From an uncultured delta proteobacterium (GTDB lineage Bacteria; Myxococcota_A; Polyangia; Fen-1088): 64,000 nucleotides of DNA. Under the pieces are notes generated by a model, which did not search any database, was not told the origin of the DNA, and was given only the letters and a program-made list of their open reading frames with translations. Shown here in pieces: positions 32,006-42,332 of the stretch. How positions within the stretch are numbered: the stretch's first letter is position 1; each line of letters opens with the position of its first letter. The stretch is from the NCBI GenBank assembly GCA_963796685.1, contig CAWCMR010000009.1, positions 320,001 to 384,000 of the forward strand, given 5' to 3'. The position numbers were made by a program, and so were the translations under genes.

Positions 32006-32875
32006 CTAGAAACCGCCGGCAGGCGCGGTACAGCTCGTAGCCGGACTCCCCCACCAGCTGATGGCGGCGAAGGAGTACGTGCCGCCACTGATCTGGAGCA
32101 CGTTGTAGCCGTTCTTCGGCGTGAGTGCCGCCTGGTTCTTGCCGTCGGTACAAGTCATCGTGGTGCCGTTGACCACCACCGTGCGCCCGGCAAAGTTGCT
32201 GCAGTTCCAGCCAAGGATGGTGTCACAGGTATACACGCAGATCGCATCCACCGTGTTCAGCGAGAAATTGCCCTGGGTTTTACCTGATCCCATCGCGATC
32301 AGCGTGGGGTTGGAACACGGCCCTGGAGGCCCATCCGGCCCTGGCTCCGGAGCCGGTTCCGGTCCCGGCTCAGGTCCTGGCTCGAGTCCAGCCTCGACGC
32401 TAGGCTCTGGCCCTGGCTCCGGGCCCGATTTCGGTTCCGCGCCCGGCTCTGCTCTCGGCAGCTCGGGACCTGGCTCGGCACCGGGTTCCTTGTCGGCCTG
32501 AGCATCGTAGGGAGTCGACGCGGTGTCGGTGCCATCCGCGCGAGTGTCCTTATTGACCTCGGCCACATCGGCCGTGTCGGGCGCGGTGGGTGGAACGTCT
32601 AGGCCAGCGTCGGGCTTGACGATGGCGGTTTCTTCTCCCCAGGGCTGATCCGACGGCGAATCCTCAGCCGTGTCGTTCTTGGCATCGTCGCCAGGCGGGT
32701 TGCTCTGATTCGGGTCGTCCGAGCAGGTGGGGGACGTGCTGGTGGGACATTTCTCACTGACGACTTTTGGCTTCGTCAGGCTCACGCAACCGACGGCAAG
32801 CAGCCCAGGCAAGAGCATCGCCGATAAGAATCCGAGGATGCGTTTGTCAACCAAGACTCGGTCTGGAAACTTCAT
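32006..32875 (-). CDS. Lipoprotein with an acidic PEPG-repeat linker and a small C-terminal Cys/Trp domain (possible carbohydrate-binding module)
   Basis: Lipobox AVGC; (PEPG)n; C-terminal GWNCSNFAGRTVVVNG...GY...SWW. Confidence 0.75.
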   Translation of the reverse strand: MKFPDRVLVDKRILGFLSAMLLPGLLAVGCVSLTKPKVVSEKCPTSTSPTCSDDPNQSNPPGDDAKNDTAEDSPSDQPWGEETAIVKPDAGLDVPPTAPDTADVAEVNKDTRADGTDTASTPYDAQADKEPGAEPGPELPRAEPGAEPKSGPEPGPEPSVEAGLEPGPEPGPEPAPEPGPDGPPGPCSNPTLIAMGSGKTQGNFSLNTVDAICVYTCDTILGWNCSNFAGRTVVVNGTTMTCTDGKNQAALTPKNGYNVLQISGGTYSFAAISWWGSPATSCTAPAGGF

Positions 32876-33073
32876 AGATCTCTATTGTCGGGCTTTGGCC
32901 CGGTTTTGTGAAGCCTCTATGGCAACTTTGGGGGAACGCGGCACGCGTGCGCGTGGCAGATATCACACTTCCGTGGGTTGCCAGTGCCCTACGATCCTCC
33001 ACCCGTCTCCACGCGAACTTTGACGTGCGGTACCAAAGAATGTCTGATAGTCTCGAGATCTGCGGACTTTGAC

Positions 33074-34621
33074 GTGATTGGGAAACACATCAACAACTAC
33101 GAGGTCGTCTCGCTGCTGGGCGAGGGCGGAATGGGAACCGTCTATCTTGCCCTCCACCCGATCATGGGTCGGAAAGCGGCCATCAAGGTCCTGAAGCCCG
33201 AGCTGGCCCGAGACGAATCCCTGGTCATGCGTTTCTTCAACGAAGCGCGCGCGGCCAACGCCATTCGCCATCCCAACATCATCGACATCATCGACGTCGG
33301 CCTCCTCCCCGAGGACAACGTGCCCTACATGTTGATGGAGTTCCTGGAGGGCGAAAGCCTGGCCACGCGACTCGACCGCAGCCGGCCGCTGGACGTGAAC
33401 ACCGCGGTGGAGATCGCGTCCCAGACCGCCTCGGCCCTGGCGGCAGCCCACAGCAAGGGAATCGTCCACCGCGACCTCAAGCCCGACAACCTCTTCTTGG
33501 TGCCCGACGAGATGGTGGGCGGAGGCGAGCGGGTGAAGGTGCTGGATTTCGGCATCGCCAAGTTGCGCGATGACATGCGTGGCAGCTCGATGAAGACGCG
33601 CACCGGCGCCATCATGGGCACGGCCGCGTACATGTCGCCCGAGCAGTGTCAGGGCCTCATCGAAAAGCTCGACCACCGCACCGACGTCTACGCGCTTGGC
33701 ATCATCCTGTACGAGATGCTCTGTGGCGCCCCGCCCTTCCTCAGCGAGGGCTTCGGCGACATCATCATCATGCACGTCATGAAGGAGCCGGAAGACCCGC
33801 AGCACAAGAATCCGCGGGTGCCGAACGAGGTCAGCGCGGCCATCCTGCGTGCGCTGGCCAAGAGCCCGGACGATCGGTTCCAATCCATGCTGGAATTCCA
33901 GACGGCACTGCGCGGCCACGGTAATGCCCACAGCACGCCCGTGCACGGCATGCCATCGGTCGGCACCACGGCGATCCTGGATGAGCAGCCCTCCGGGCAC
34001 GCGCGGCGCTCGGGGGTTGCCTTCGACCAGACCATGGCCACCCCCGCGCCGGTTTCGCTGCGACCGGGGTCGGTTCCGCCCTCGCGCATTCCGACCCGGC
34101 CAGGCTCGGTTCCGCCTTCACACATTTCGACCGTGGTCGAGCCGGTCGCCAGCCCCAGGCAGAGCACCACCTTCCGCAATGCTACCGGCGAGATCTCCCA
34201 CACCGACCTCACCTCGCCCGGCAAGAGCCGGACCGTCATCGCGGTCGCTTCAATCGTCGGCCTGGCTGGCATCGGGCTCGCCATCACCCTGGTCGTGACG
34301 CGACCATCGAATCATCCCACCGCGCCGGTCCAACCAGCGGCCACCCTGCCCGCGCCGGCCGCTGCCCCAGCGGCGGAGCCCGAACGCCTTCCGGCTTTCG
34401 AGCCTCCCTCACCCCCGCCGACCGCCGCGGCCCCGACGGTCCGAACCGAGCCGCCCCCAACCCAAGAGGACCAGGAGGACAAAGAAGAGGGCAAACACCA
34501 CAAGAAAGGGCCTCCCGGAAGGCCGCACAGGGCCGTCGAGAGAGCTGTGGAAAGGGAAAGAAGGCCCACCGAACCCTCGACACCATCCTCGACGGAGGAC
34601 AAGAGCACCGAGCGCTGGTAG
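33074..34621 (+). CDS. Membrane-anchored Hanks-type Ser/Thr protein kinase
   Basis: LGEGGMGTVY, AIKVL, HRDLKPDN, DFG and YMSPEQ, then one TM and a Pro-rich tail. Start set at GTG 33074. Confidence 0.93.
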   Translation: MIGKHINNYEVVSLLGEGGMGTVYLALHPIMGRKAAIKVLKPELARDESLVMRFFNEARAANAIRHPNIIDIIDVGLLPEDNVPYMLMEFLEGESLATRLDRSRPLDVNTAVEIASQTASALAAAHSKGIVHRDLKPDNLFLVPDEMVGGGERVKVLDFGIAKLRDDMRGSSMKTRTGAIMGTAAYMSPEQCQGLIEKLDHRTDVYALGIILYEMLCGAPPFLSEGFGDIIIMHVMKEPEDPQHKNPRVPNEVSAAILRALAKSPDDRFQSMLEFQTALRGHGNAHSTPVHGMPSVGTTAILDEQPSGHARRSGVAFDQTMATPAPVSLRPGSVPPSRIPTRPGSVPPSHISTVVEPVASPRQSTTFRNATGEISHTDLTSPGKSRTVIAVASIVGLAGIGLAITLVVTRPSNHPTAPVQPAATLPAPAAAPAAEPERLPAFEPPSPPPTAAAPTVRTEPPPTQEDQEDKEEGKHHKKGPPGRPHRAVERAVERERRPTEPSTPSSTEDKSTERW

Positions 34622-34652
34622 TCGGGCGCCGGGACCATCGAGCGATCGCCGC

Positions 34653-36050
34653 TCAGGTCACGCCCTTGCTCTGCCAGGCACCGCTCCGCCAACGCCACCC
34701 ATTGACCACGGCGCGGGTCCATTCGTCGACGGCCATGCCGAGCCAGATGCCGATCACCCCCCACCCCACACCAAAAGCCAGGGCGAAGGCGGAGCCGATG
34801 CCCACGGTCCACATGAGCGTCGACCCGACGATGGCCGGAAAACGCGAATCGCCTGAGGCACGCAGGGAGAAGGTGATGGCGATGTTGGCCGCCTTCGCCG
34901 GTTGCACCAGGACATCGACCCAGAGGAGCAGCGCGCCCAGGGCCACGATGCTCGGATCGCGGGAGAAAAGTCCAAGCAGCCAGTGACCGCACCCCGCGAG
35001 CACGAGCGACGTGACGAAGGAAAGGCTCGCGCCCCAGGCCACCGCGGCCTTGAGCCGCCGGTTTGCGGTCGCATGGTCCCGCGCACCCACCAGATGGGAG
35101 ACCAAGATCTGGGCGCCGAATCCGAGCCCGTAGCTGAAGAGGACGGGCAGATTGGCCAGGTTGGCCGCGTACACGCGAGCCGTGAGCGCCAAGGTGCCGA
35201 GGCGAACGACCTGACTTGCCAGCGCCACCTGGAAAAGCTGGTAGGCGACGGGCTCGATCGCCGAGGGCACGCCGATGCGAACGAGGTGGTGCAGGACTCG
35301 CTTCCAGCCGAGCAACAGAAGCAACCACGAGGGATGAAAACCGAGGAGCCGAATCACCAAGGCCAATGTGCCGAGGCTGACCAATCCCCATGACAGGGTG
35401 GTGGCCATCGCCACCCCTTGCACGCCGAGACAGGGAAGCCCGAAGAGCCGGCCTACGAAAAGCAGGTTGAAGAGCACGTTCAGGCCGACGATGGCGATGG
35501 AAACGCCCAAGTTCCACAGGGTCAGGCCGCGCGCCGCGAGCAGATTGGTCAGCCCGGCGATGAGCGCGCGTCCCACGAACCCGGCGCCGATGATGCGCAG
35601 AAACTCGACCGAGTGTCGGGCAATGTTCCCGCGCAATCCCAGCACGTAGACGACCCACGGGGAAGACAAACTGAGCAGCGCCCCGAGCGCGAGCCCGCCG
35701 CAGGCAAGCAGCGAAACCATGAGCGTGAAGGTGGCGGCGGCAAGGCGTGGACGGCCTGACCCGAGGTACTGTCCCGCGACACCCGCCCCCGCTTGCCCCA
35801 GGGCATTGAGCATGGTTTGAAGCAGGACGAATACCGGCAAGGTCGCGCCCACGCCGGCGGCGGCATCATCGGAGACGCGCGAGAGGAACCACGAATCGAT
35901 GATGGGCCCGGAGATGCCCACGGCCAGCGTGATCATGACAGGCCAGGAGATGGCGAGCAGGGACTGCTCGTGAACCGCGGCCGGACGAGGCCTCGACGCT
36001 ACGGCCGATCGGTCGAAATGGAGGCCGGCGGCGCCGGGATCTTGGGGCAT
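34653..36050 (-). CDS. MATE family efflux transporter
   Basis: About 12 TM; DSWFLSRVSD, GVQGVAMAT, RASGDSRFP and GIWLGMAVDEW. Confidence 0.9.
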   Translation of the reverse strand: MPQDPGAAGLHFDRSAVASRPRPAAVHEQSLLAISWPVMITLAVGISGPIIDSWFLSRVSDDAAAGVGATLPVFVLLQTMLNALGQAGAGVAGQYLGSGRPRLAAATFTLMVSLLACGGLALGALLSLSSPWVVYVLGLRGNIARHSVEFLRIIGAGFVGRALIAGLTNLLAARGLTLWNLGVSIAIVGLNVLFNLLFVGRLFGLPCLGVQGVAMATTLSWGLVSLGTLALVIRLLGFHPSWLLLLLGWKRVLHHLVRIGVPSAIEPVAYQLFQVALASQVVRLGTLALTARVYAANLANLPVLFSYGLGFGAQILVSHLVGARDHATANRRLKAAVAWGASLSFVTSLVLAGCGHWLLGLFSRDPSIVALGALLLWVDVLVQPAKAANIAITFSLRASGDSRFPAIVGSTLMWTVGIGSAFALAFGVGWGVIGIWLGMAVDEWTRAVVNGWRWRSGAWQSKGVT

Positions 36051-36066
36051 CTACTTCCTAGGGGTA

Positions 36067-36984
36067 TTACTCTTGAGGAGCTCGGGGTGAGAAGGCAAAT
36101 CGCAGGCCTCGGTTGTAGCTTTCGGCCTTGGTGCTCGCGTGGCCCTCGCCTTCCACCACGCGGAAGTCGTAGGCAAGACCCGGATAGGCCCGCTCACGCA
36201 GGCGAGCATCGAAGCGCTTGACGCCATCGAGGATCAGGGCGGGATCTTTCTCGGCATAGGTCACGAACAGGCGCGCGCCGAGGGGCCTTCCGCCGCGATG
36301 GAACGCGTCTTCGAAGCCGAGCAACCAATCCTCGGCCCACTGAGCCGCCGGGCTGGGCGCGACGTAGGCGGCAAAAAGCCCTGGCTGCGCGAACATGGCG
36401 TACAGGGTGAACAAGCCCCCGAGCGAGCTGCCCGCGAGCACGCGGTAGGAGGGATCGCCGCGGTACTCGCGTTCGACGAGGGGAATGATCTCGTGCTCGA
36501 GGACGGATAGGAACTCCTCCGCGTGTCCGCTCGGCCCGTCGTAACTCGCGCCCTCGTACTTGGCCGGGACCGGCGTGAGATCCCAGCGGCGCAAGCGGCC
36601 ATAGTCGGGTCTGTCGCCCGGGTAGCCGAGGCCGACGACGATGATCTCCGGGATCGCCTTGTCGACCAGGAGATTGCCGGAGAGGGCCTTGACCAGGTTG
36701 AAGTCCCAGTAGCCGTCGCAAAGATAGAGCACAGGATAGCGCCGTTCCGGATCGTCCTCGAACGATTCGGGCAGCCCGACGTAGAGCTGGTACATCCGCC
36801 CGTTCGCGGCTCGCGGGAGCACGCGCACCTCGCTGCCCGCCACGATCTGGCGCGGGAAGGGTCCACGCGACGGGCTCTCGCAGTCGTGCGACGAACAACC
36901 ACCCGGAGAGCTCGCGCAACCGGCGACAACCGCCATGGCGGTCCACAGGGCACGCGGGCTGCGACTGGGCACGAGAGCGAGCAT
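36067..36984 (-). CDS. Alpha/beta hydrolase (IroE/BesA-like esterase), possibly a lipoprotein
   Basis: YPVLYLCDG, RRWDLTP, GSSLGG nucleophile elbow and C-terminal GEGH; N-terminal VAGC. Confidence 0.85.
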   Translation of the reverse strand: MLALVPSRSPRALWTAMAVVAGCASSPGGCSSHDCESPSRGPFPRQIVAGSEVRVLPRAANGRMYQLYVGLPESFEDDPERRYPVLYLCDGYWDFNLVKALSGNLLVDKAIPEIIVVGLGYPGDRPDYGRLRRWDLTPVPAKYEGASYDGPSGHAEEFLSVLEHEIIPLVEREYRGDPSYRVLAGSSLGGLFTLYAMFAQPGLFAAYVAPSPAAQWAEDWLLGFEDAFHRGGRPLGARLFVTYAEKDPALILDGVKRFDARLRERAYPGLAYDFRVVEGEGHASTKAESYNRGLRFAFSPRAPQE

Positions 36985-37073
36985 GACGAGGAAGATAGAC
37001 GAAAAACGTCGTTCCGTGATCCGCCGGGCTCGCTGCCATCGTCTTTTCCCGGCAGAAAGGGTATCCTCACGCC

Positions 37074-38537
37074 ATGGGCGACGGAGAGAAGAGCCGTCGA
37101 GCGCTCGACGCAACCATTCTGGTCAAGGGCTCGTCTACTGGCGACGCAGGCTCGATTGCCGACGGTCTTGCAGGTACCCGGCTGCAACACTTCGCGCTGG
37201 TGCGCCTGCTCGGGCGCGGCGGCATGGGCGCGGTGTATTACGGCACCGACCTATCCCTGGATCGCCCGGTGGCCATCAAGGTGCTGGCCCTCGATGTCGC
37301 GCAGGATCCGGAGATCGTCGACCGTTTCGTGCTGGAGGCACGCGCCCAGGCCCGCCTGCGCCATCCCAACGTCGCGCAGATCTTCTTCATCGGCCAGGAC
37401 CGCGGTTTTCACTTCTTCGTCATGGAGTACCTGGAGGGGCCGGGCCTCGATGCCTTGCTGGCCAAGGGCGCGCCCTTGCCGGTGGCCGATGCCTTGGACT
37501 ACACCCTGGCGGCGGCGCGCGGCCTGCGCGCGGCCTTGGCGCATGGCTTCGTCCACCGCGACGTCAAGCCCTCGAACCTGATGCTCGACCACGAAGCGGG
37601 GATCAAGATCCTCGATTTCGGGCTGGTCAAGAGCATGCACGGCGACTCTCAGCTCACTCGCGACGGCGCCATCATCGGCTCGCCGCTGTACATGTCGCCC
37701 GAGCAGGGACGCGGTCAGGTGGCCGATCACCGCTCCGACATTTACTCGCTCGGCTGCACCCTCTTCCACATGCTGTGCGGGCGGCCGCCCTTTGCCGGAC
37801 CTTCGCCGGTCGGCATCATCACCATGCACGTCACGGATCGCGCGCCCGCCGTGCGCGACCTCAATGCCAAGGTGCCACAGGCCGTGGCTCGCATCGTCGA
37901 GCGCATGATTGCCAAGAAACCCGACGATCGCTTCGCCGACTACGACGAGCTGATCGCCGCGCTGGAGGCCGCGCGCGCGCCTCGCCGGGAGCTCGGCGGC
38001 ATGGGAGCACGAGGGATCGCGCTCGGCATCGATAGCCTGTTGCTGCTGGCGGCCGCGTACTTCATCCGCCTTTGGGTGCTGCCGCTCGCCCTGGTCTACT
38101 TCGTCCTGTGTCATCGACTGCTCGGACAGACCCCGGGCAAGTGGCTGCTCGGCATTCGCGTCGAAGGCGCGACCGGCGGCCGCCTGACGTGGAAGGCTGC
38201 TCTCGTCCGATTCGCCGCATTTGCCTGGGGGCCCTTGGCCTGGACCCTGCTGGCGGGCTTCGTCTACACCGTACACGGCAACGAGCACGTGTCGTTCCAG
38301 CTCTCCAGCCTGACCTTGTCCGAGCTCGCGGTGCCCATCGTCTACATCGCGCTCGCCACCGCCATCCTGGTCGGCTACCTGGCAGGATTCCTGCTGGTGG
38401 CGTTTCACCCCAAGCGGCAGGCCCTGCACGATCTGCTGGCCAAGACCGTGGTCTACATCAAGTCGCGCGCTCCCGCTGGCGAGATGGTCGAAGTCGTCAA
38501 GAGCACCACCGGCATCAGTCTATCGAGACACCGGTAG
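37074..38537 (+). CDS. Ser/Thr protein kinase fused to a C-terminal RDD membrane domain
   Basis: GRGGMG, HRDVKPSN and DFG; RDD motifs RGIALGID, GQTPGKWLLGIRV and RQALHDLLAKT. Confidence 0.9.
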   Translation: MGDGEKSRRALDATILVKGSSTGDAGSIADGLAGTRLQHFALVRLLGRGGMGAVYYGTDLSLDRPVAIKVLALDVAQDPEIVDRFVLEARAQARLRHPNVAQIFFIGQDRGFHFFVMEYLEGPGLDALLAKGAPLPVADALDYTLAAARGLRAALAHGFVHRDVKPSNLMLDHEAGIKILDFGLVKSMHGDSQLTRDGAIIGSPLYMSPEQGRGQVADHRSDIYSLGCTLFHMLCGRPPFAGPSPVGIITMHVTDRAPAVRDLNAKVPQAVARIVERMIAKKPDDRFADYDELIAALEAARAPRRELGGMGARGIALGIDSLLLLAAAYFIRLWVLPLALVYFVLCHRLLGQTPGKWLLGIRVEGATGGRLTWKAALVRFAAFAWGPLAWTLLAGFVYTVHGNEHVSFQLSSLTLSELAVPIVYIALATAILVGYLAGFLLVAFHPKRQALHDLLAKTVVYIKSRAPAGEMVEVVKSTTGISLSRHR

Positions 38538-38559
38538 CCATCCTACTGCTCGGGGGCGA

Positions 38560-39372
38560 CTACTCGTTCCTGGCGTGCACCATGGGCACGAAGGCCACGC
38601 CCCGTTGCACGTGCCTTGCCACGGTGCCGTCGGCGCGCTTTTCCAGAATGACCAGCACATCGTGGGCCTCCTTCCCGACCGGCGCCACCAGGCGACCGCC
38701 GGGCTTGAGCTGGTCGATGAGCGCCTGGGGGACCTCGGGCGGCGCCGCGGTCAGGATGATACGGTCGAAGGGCGCCGCCTCCGGCCACCCGAGATAGCCG
38801 TCGCCGCAACGGGTCCTTATGCGACCGTGGCCGAGGCGATCGAGGTTGGCCCGCGCCTTCTGGCAGAGCGGCTCGACGATCTCGATCGAGTACACCTCTT
38901 TGGCCAGGTGGTCGAGGATGGCGGCCTGATATCCGGACCCGGTTCCAATCTCGAGCACACGACTGTCGGGCTCGGGAGCCAGGAGGCTGCTCATCAGGGC
39001 CACGATGAAGGGGCGCGAGATGGTCTGCTCCCAACCTATCTGCAGCGCGGTGTCCTCGTAGGCGAAGGAGCGCTTCTCCTCCGGCATGTACTCCTCGCGG
39101 GGCTCGGCACGCATGGCTTGCAGGACCCTGCGATCGCTGATACCGCGGGACACGATGGTCGTGCGAATCATCTCCTCGCGCGCCTTGGCGTAGGATGCGG
39201 GCGCCGGGGAAACAGGCGCTGGGGCCGGCTCGGCCGCCGGAGCGAGATCGGATTCAGGCTTGGGCTTGGCCCGAGAGACGTAGCGGGTCGAGGCGCAGCC
39301 GGCCGAGAGACACGCACTGCCGAGCAAGACGAACCACGCGATCGAAACGGAACGGGGAAAGATGCGCTTCAC
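38560..39372 (-). CDS. pcm: Protein-L-isoaspartate O-methyltransferase with an N-terminal lipoprotein-type signal
   Basis: AYED.AL.IG..QTIS.P, VLEIGTGSGYQAA, GDGYLGWPEAAPFDRI and FVPM. GTG 39372 follows GAGG; signal ends SAGC. Confidence 0.9.
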   Translation of the reverse strand: MKRIFPRSVSIAWFVLLGSACLSAGCASTRYVSRAKPKPESDLAPAAEPAPAPVSPAPASYAKAREEMIRTTIVSRGISDRRVLQAMRAEPREEYMPEEKRSFAYEDTALQIGWEQTISRPFIVALMSSLLAPEPDSRVLEIGTGSGYQAAILDHLAKEVYSIEIVEPLCQKARANLDRLGHGRIRTRCGDGYLGWPEAAPFDRIILTAAPPEVPQALIDQLKPGGRLVAPVGKEAHDVLVILEKRADGTVARHVQRGVAFVPMVHARNE

Positions 39373-39552
39373 TTCAATTTCCTCTAAGCGGTGGCGAAAA
39401 GGCGGGTGCGGGAAAAGTATGACCTCGCTCGCCATCCCCATCCAGGGCGATTGCGCTCGCCCCTCCCGCTTTTCGCGACTGCGGAACCTGCAGCTCTTGG
39501 GCCGGGACGGAAGCCGGCTCGACCAGCACTTCACGGACCCGTGGGCGGCTGA

Positions 39553-42251
39553 CTACGAGTACTGCGCCAGCCAGCGGCGGCTGTGGCTGTCGAGAGCCTC
39601 GGGCACGGGTACGAGGAAGCGCATGCCAAAGGAATCGGTGATGAGGTGACGGCCGTCGTCCAAACGGCGGATGTGATCTTCTTGTTCGACGACGAAGCTG
39701 CGTGGCCCCCGATCCGTGACCACGTGCCACTCGGACCGCGTCGCTTCGTGCACGACGCGCTCGATGCGCGTGACCTGGGGTAGGAACTCGCTTTGGGCCA
39801 GGCCGGTCAGCAGTGCCTGGCGCGAGTCCTCGGCAAGGGCATCGACGTGCTCGACAAGGGCCCGGTCATGCCCAAGCCCGTCGACGAGGCACACGAAGCC
39901 ATCGGGATGGGTGAGCGGGAAACAGCGACGTGGCACCACGAGGACGGGCGCGCCGCCCGCACCGTCTTTGGCCCAGAGATTACCCTCGCCGTCGCACTCG
40001 ATGGCCAGCCGGCCAGCTTCGATGGACGGCAGCATCAGGTATTCCGTTTCCTCCTCGTCTTGCGCCTGCGCAACCTCCGCATCGCGTCGGGCGGCGGATG
40101 AAACCTGGGCGCGATGCAGACGCGCGTATTCGCCGTCGAGGGCGAGCAGCTCGGCGTGCGTTCCACGCTCGGCCAACCGGCCGTCCTTGATCACGAGCAA
40201 CATGTCCGCCTTGCGCAGGGTGCTCAATCGATGGGCGATGGCGATGGTGGTGCGGCCCGCGACCACGTTGTCGAGCGCGCGCTGAATCTCGCGTTCGGTG
40301 TGCGTGTCCACCGCGGAGGTCGCCTCGTCGAGCACCAAAATCCGCGGGTCGACCAGGATGGCGCGCGCGATGGCGATGCGTTGGCGCTCGCCGCCCGACA
40401 ACGATTGGCCGCGCTCGCCGACCACCGAGTCGTAGCCTTCGGGCAGCTTCAAGATGAAGTTGTGCGCATGCGCGGCCCGGGCAGCCTCGATGATCTGGGC
40501 GAAACTGGCGTTCGGCTGGCCATACCCGACGTTGTCGGCGATGGTGCCGAAAAAGAGAAAGGGTTCCTGCAGGACGATACCGATGTGCTTGCGATAGGCC
40601 TCGATGGAGAGCCGCCTTATGTCGTTGCCGTCGACACGCACCGCGCCCCCCGAGACGTCGTAGAAGCGGCACAGAAGGTTGGCGACCGTGCTCTTGCCCG
40701 AGCCGGTGTGGCCCACGATGCCGATCATCTGACCGGGGGCCACTTTGAAGCTGACGTCGTCGAGCACCAGCCTGCTGCCGTACCGGAACGACACCCGATC
40801 GAACTGGATCTCGCCGCGCATACCGTCGATAGGGACGGGATCCTTGGGATCGAAAACCGTCGGCACGCGGTCGAGAATTTCGAACAGTCGTTGCGCGGCC
40901 GCCGACGCGCGCTGGGTGGCGGTGAGCATGCGGCTCATGCTCTCCACCCGGGTGTAGAAACGGCCGATGTACGCGATGAACGCGGTGAGCACGCCGACGG
41001 TGATCTGGTGGTGCAGGACCTCGCGCGCGCCGGCCGCCCAAACGACGAGCAACCCAATCTGATTGAGCAACGCGACCGACGGCCAGAAGAACGTCCACAT
41101 GGCGTTGTTGCGGTTGTTGATTTCGACGACGCGCTGGTTGGCTTGGGCGAAACGGGCGATCTCGCGCCGCTCTTGCGAGAAGGCTTTGACCACGCGAATG
41201 CCCGGGATGGTGTCGGCCAGGATGTTGGTCATGGCCGACCACATGCGCCCGCCGCGCAGATAGCCGTGCAACATCTTGCCGCGAATACGCATGATGAGCC
41301 ACGCGATGGGGGGAAGGAGATGATGGCCGCGACGGCGAGCGTGGTATCGAGCGAAAGCAGGACGACACAGGTGCTGACGATCATCAGCACATCGGTGGCG
41401 AAGTCGACCAGCGTGTCGGAGAGAAACGAGCACAGGTGCTCGGTGTCCGAGCTGATGCGCGCGATCAGATCGCCGGTGCGCTTGCCACCGAAGTACTCCA
41501 GGCTGAGCTTCTGCAAGTGCGAAAAGGCGCGGTTGCGCAGATCCGCCGCCACCTTCTCGGTCACGATGGCCAGCACCGCTCCTTGCGCCCAGACCAGCAG
41601 CCACGCGACGGCGGCCGCGCCGCCCAGGCTGCCGAGATAGAGCAGGACTTTGGGCAGGGCGGCCTGCATGGTGAGCTGCCCGGCCTGGCCCGGCACCAGC
41701 ACCTGGTCGACGAGCGGCATGGTCAAGTAGGGCGGGATCAGGCCCGCCGCCGTGCTCGCAAGGGTGAGCAGCAGGCCGAAGAGCACGGCGCCAAGGTGCG
41801 GCCGCGCAAAACCCAAGAGTCGCAAGAGCGGGTGCCTTCCGCTTACCGGCAACTCGGAGCTGTCCTGCTCGTCGGCGGGCGCCACGGGCCGCGCATGGGC
41901 CTGCCGCTTGCCCTGCTGCGCCTCGAAGGCGTCGGCGAACTCGGTTGCCTCCTTGGCCGCGGCCAAGGTGTGAAAGCGGCGGACCACGGTCCGCGTCCCC
42001 TCGATCACGCGCACCTCGCCGAGTCCCGCGTATTCGCGACGGTCGAGGCGAAGTCCCGGCGTGAGCGCGCACGCCGTCCACCCTCCGTCGGCGGCTTTCC
42101 AGCACACGCGCATGGAGGTCAAGGCAAGGGTGGAGGCGGTGTAGTGCAGATGCTCGTCCAGATCCGGCGCGAAGATCGCGCGCACGCTCTCGCCGTCGGC
42201 GAGCGTGAGTCCGAGGGGAGGGTCGAGGAGCGAAGAAGCAGCATCGGTCAT
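39553..42251 (-). CDS. Cyanophycin-associated ABC exporter (TMD+NBD) fused to a C-terminal DUF1854-like domain; -1 frameshift in a C-run at about 41310
   Basis: GHTGSGKST, LSGGERQRIAIAR and LDEATS; C-terminal PRRCFPLTHP...WHVVTDRG...EDHIRRL...ITDSFG. The N-terminal half is in the neighbouring frame. Confidence 0.85.
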
Positions 42252-42332
42252 GGGCGAGGATCCGGTAGCGCCCACTTTACCAGGATCGTCACCAGCGAGG
42301 GAAAGCACGTCGGGCGCCGACGCGAGCCCAGC

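Noticed and set aside
34060-34132. Tandem RPGSVPPS duplication in the kinase linker
   Set aside because: Ordinary low-complexity linker duplication.
41300-41320. Programmed frameshift or phase variation in the ABC exporter
   Set aside because: A short C-run and three other single-base indels in the window make sequencing error more likely.
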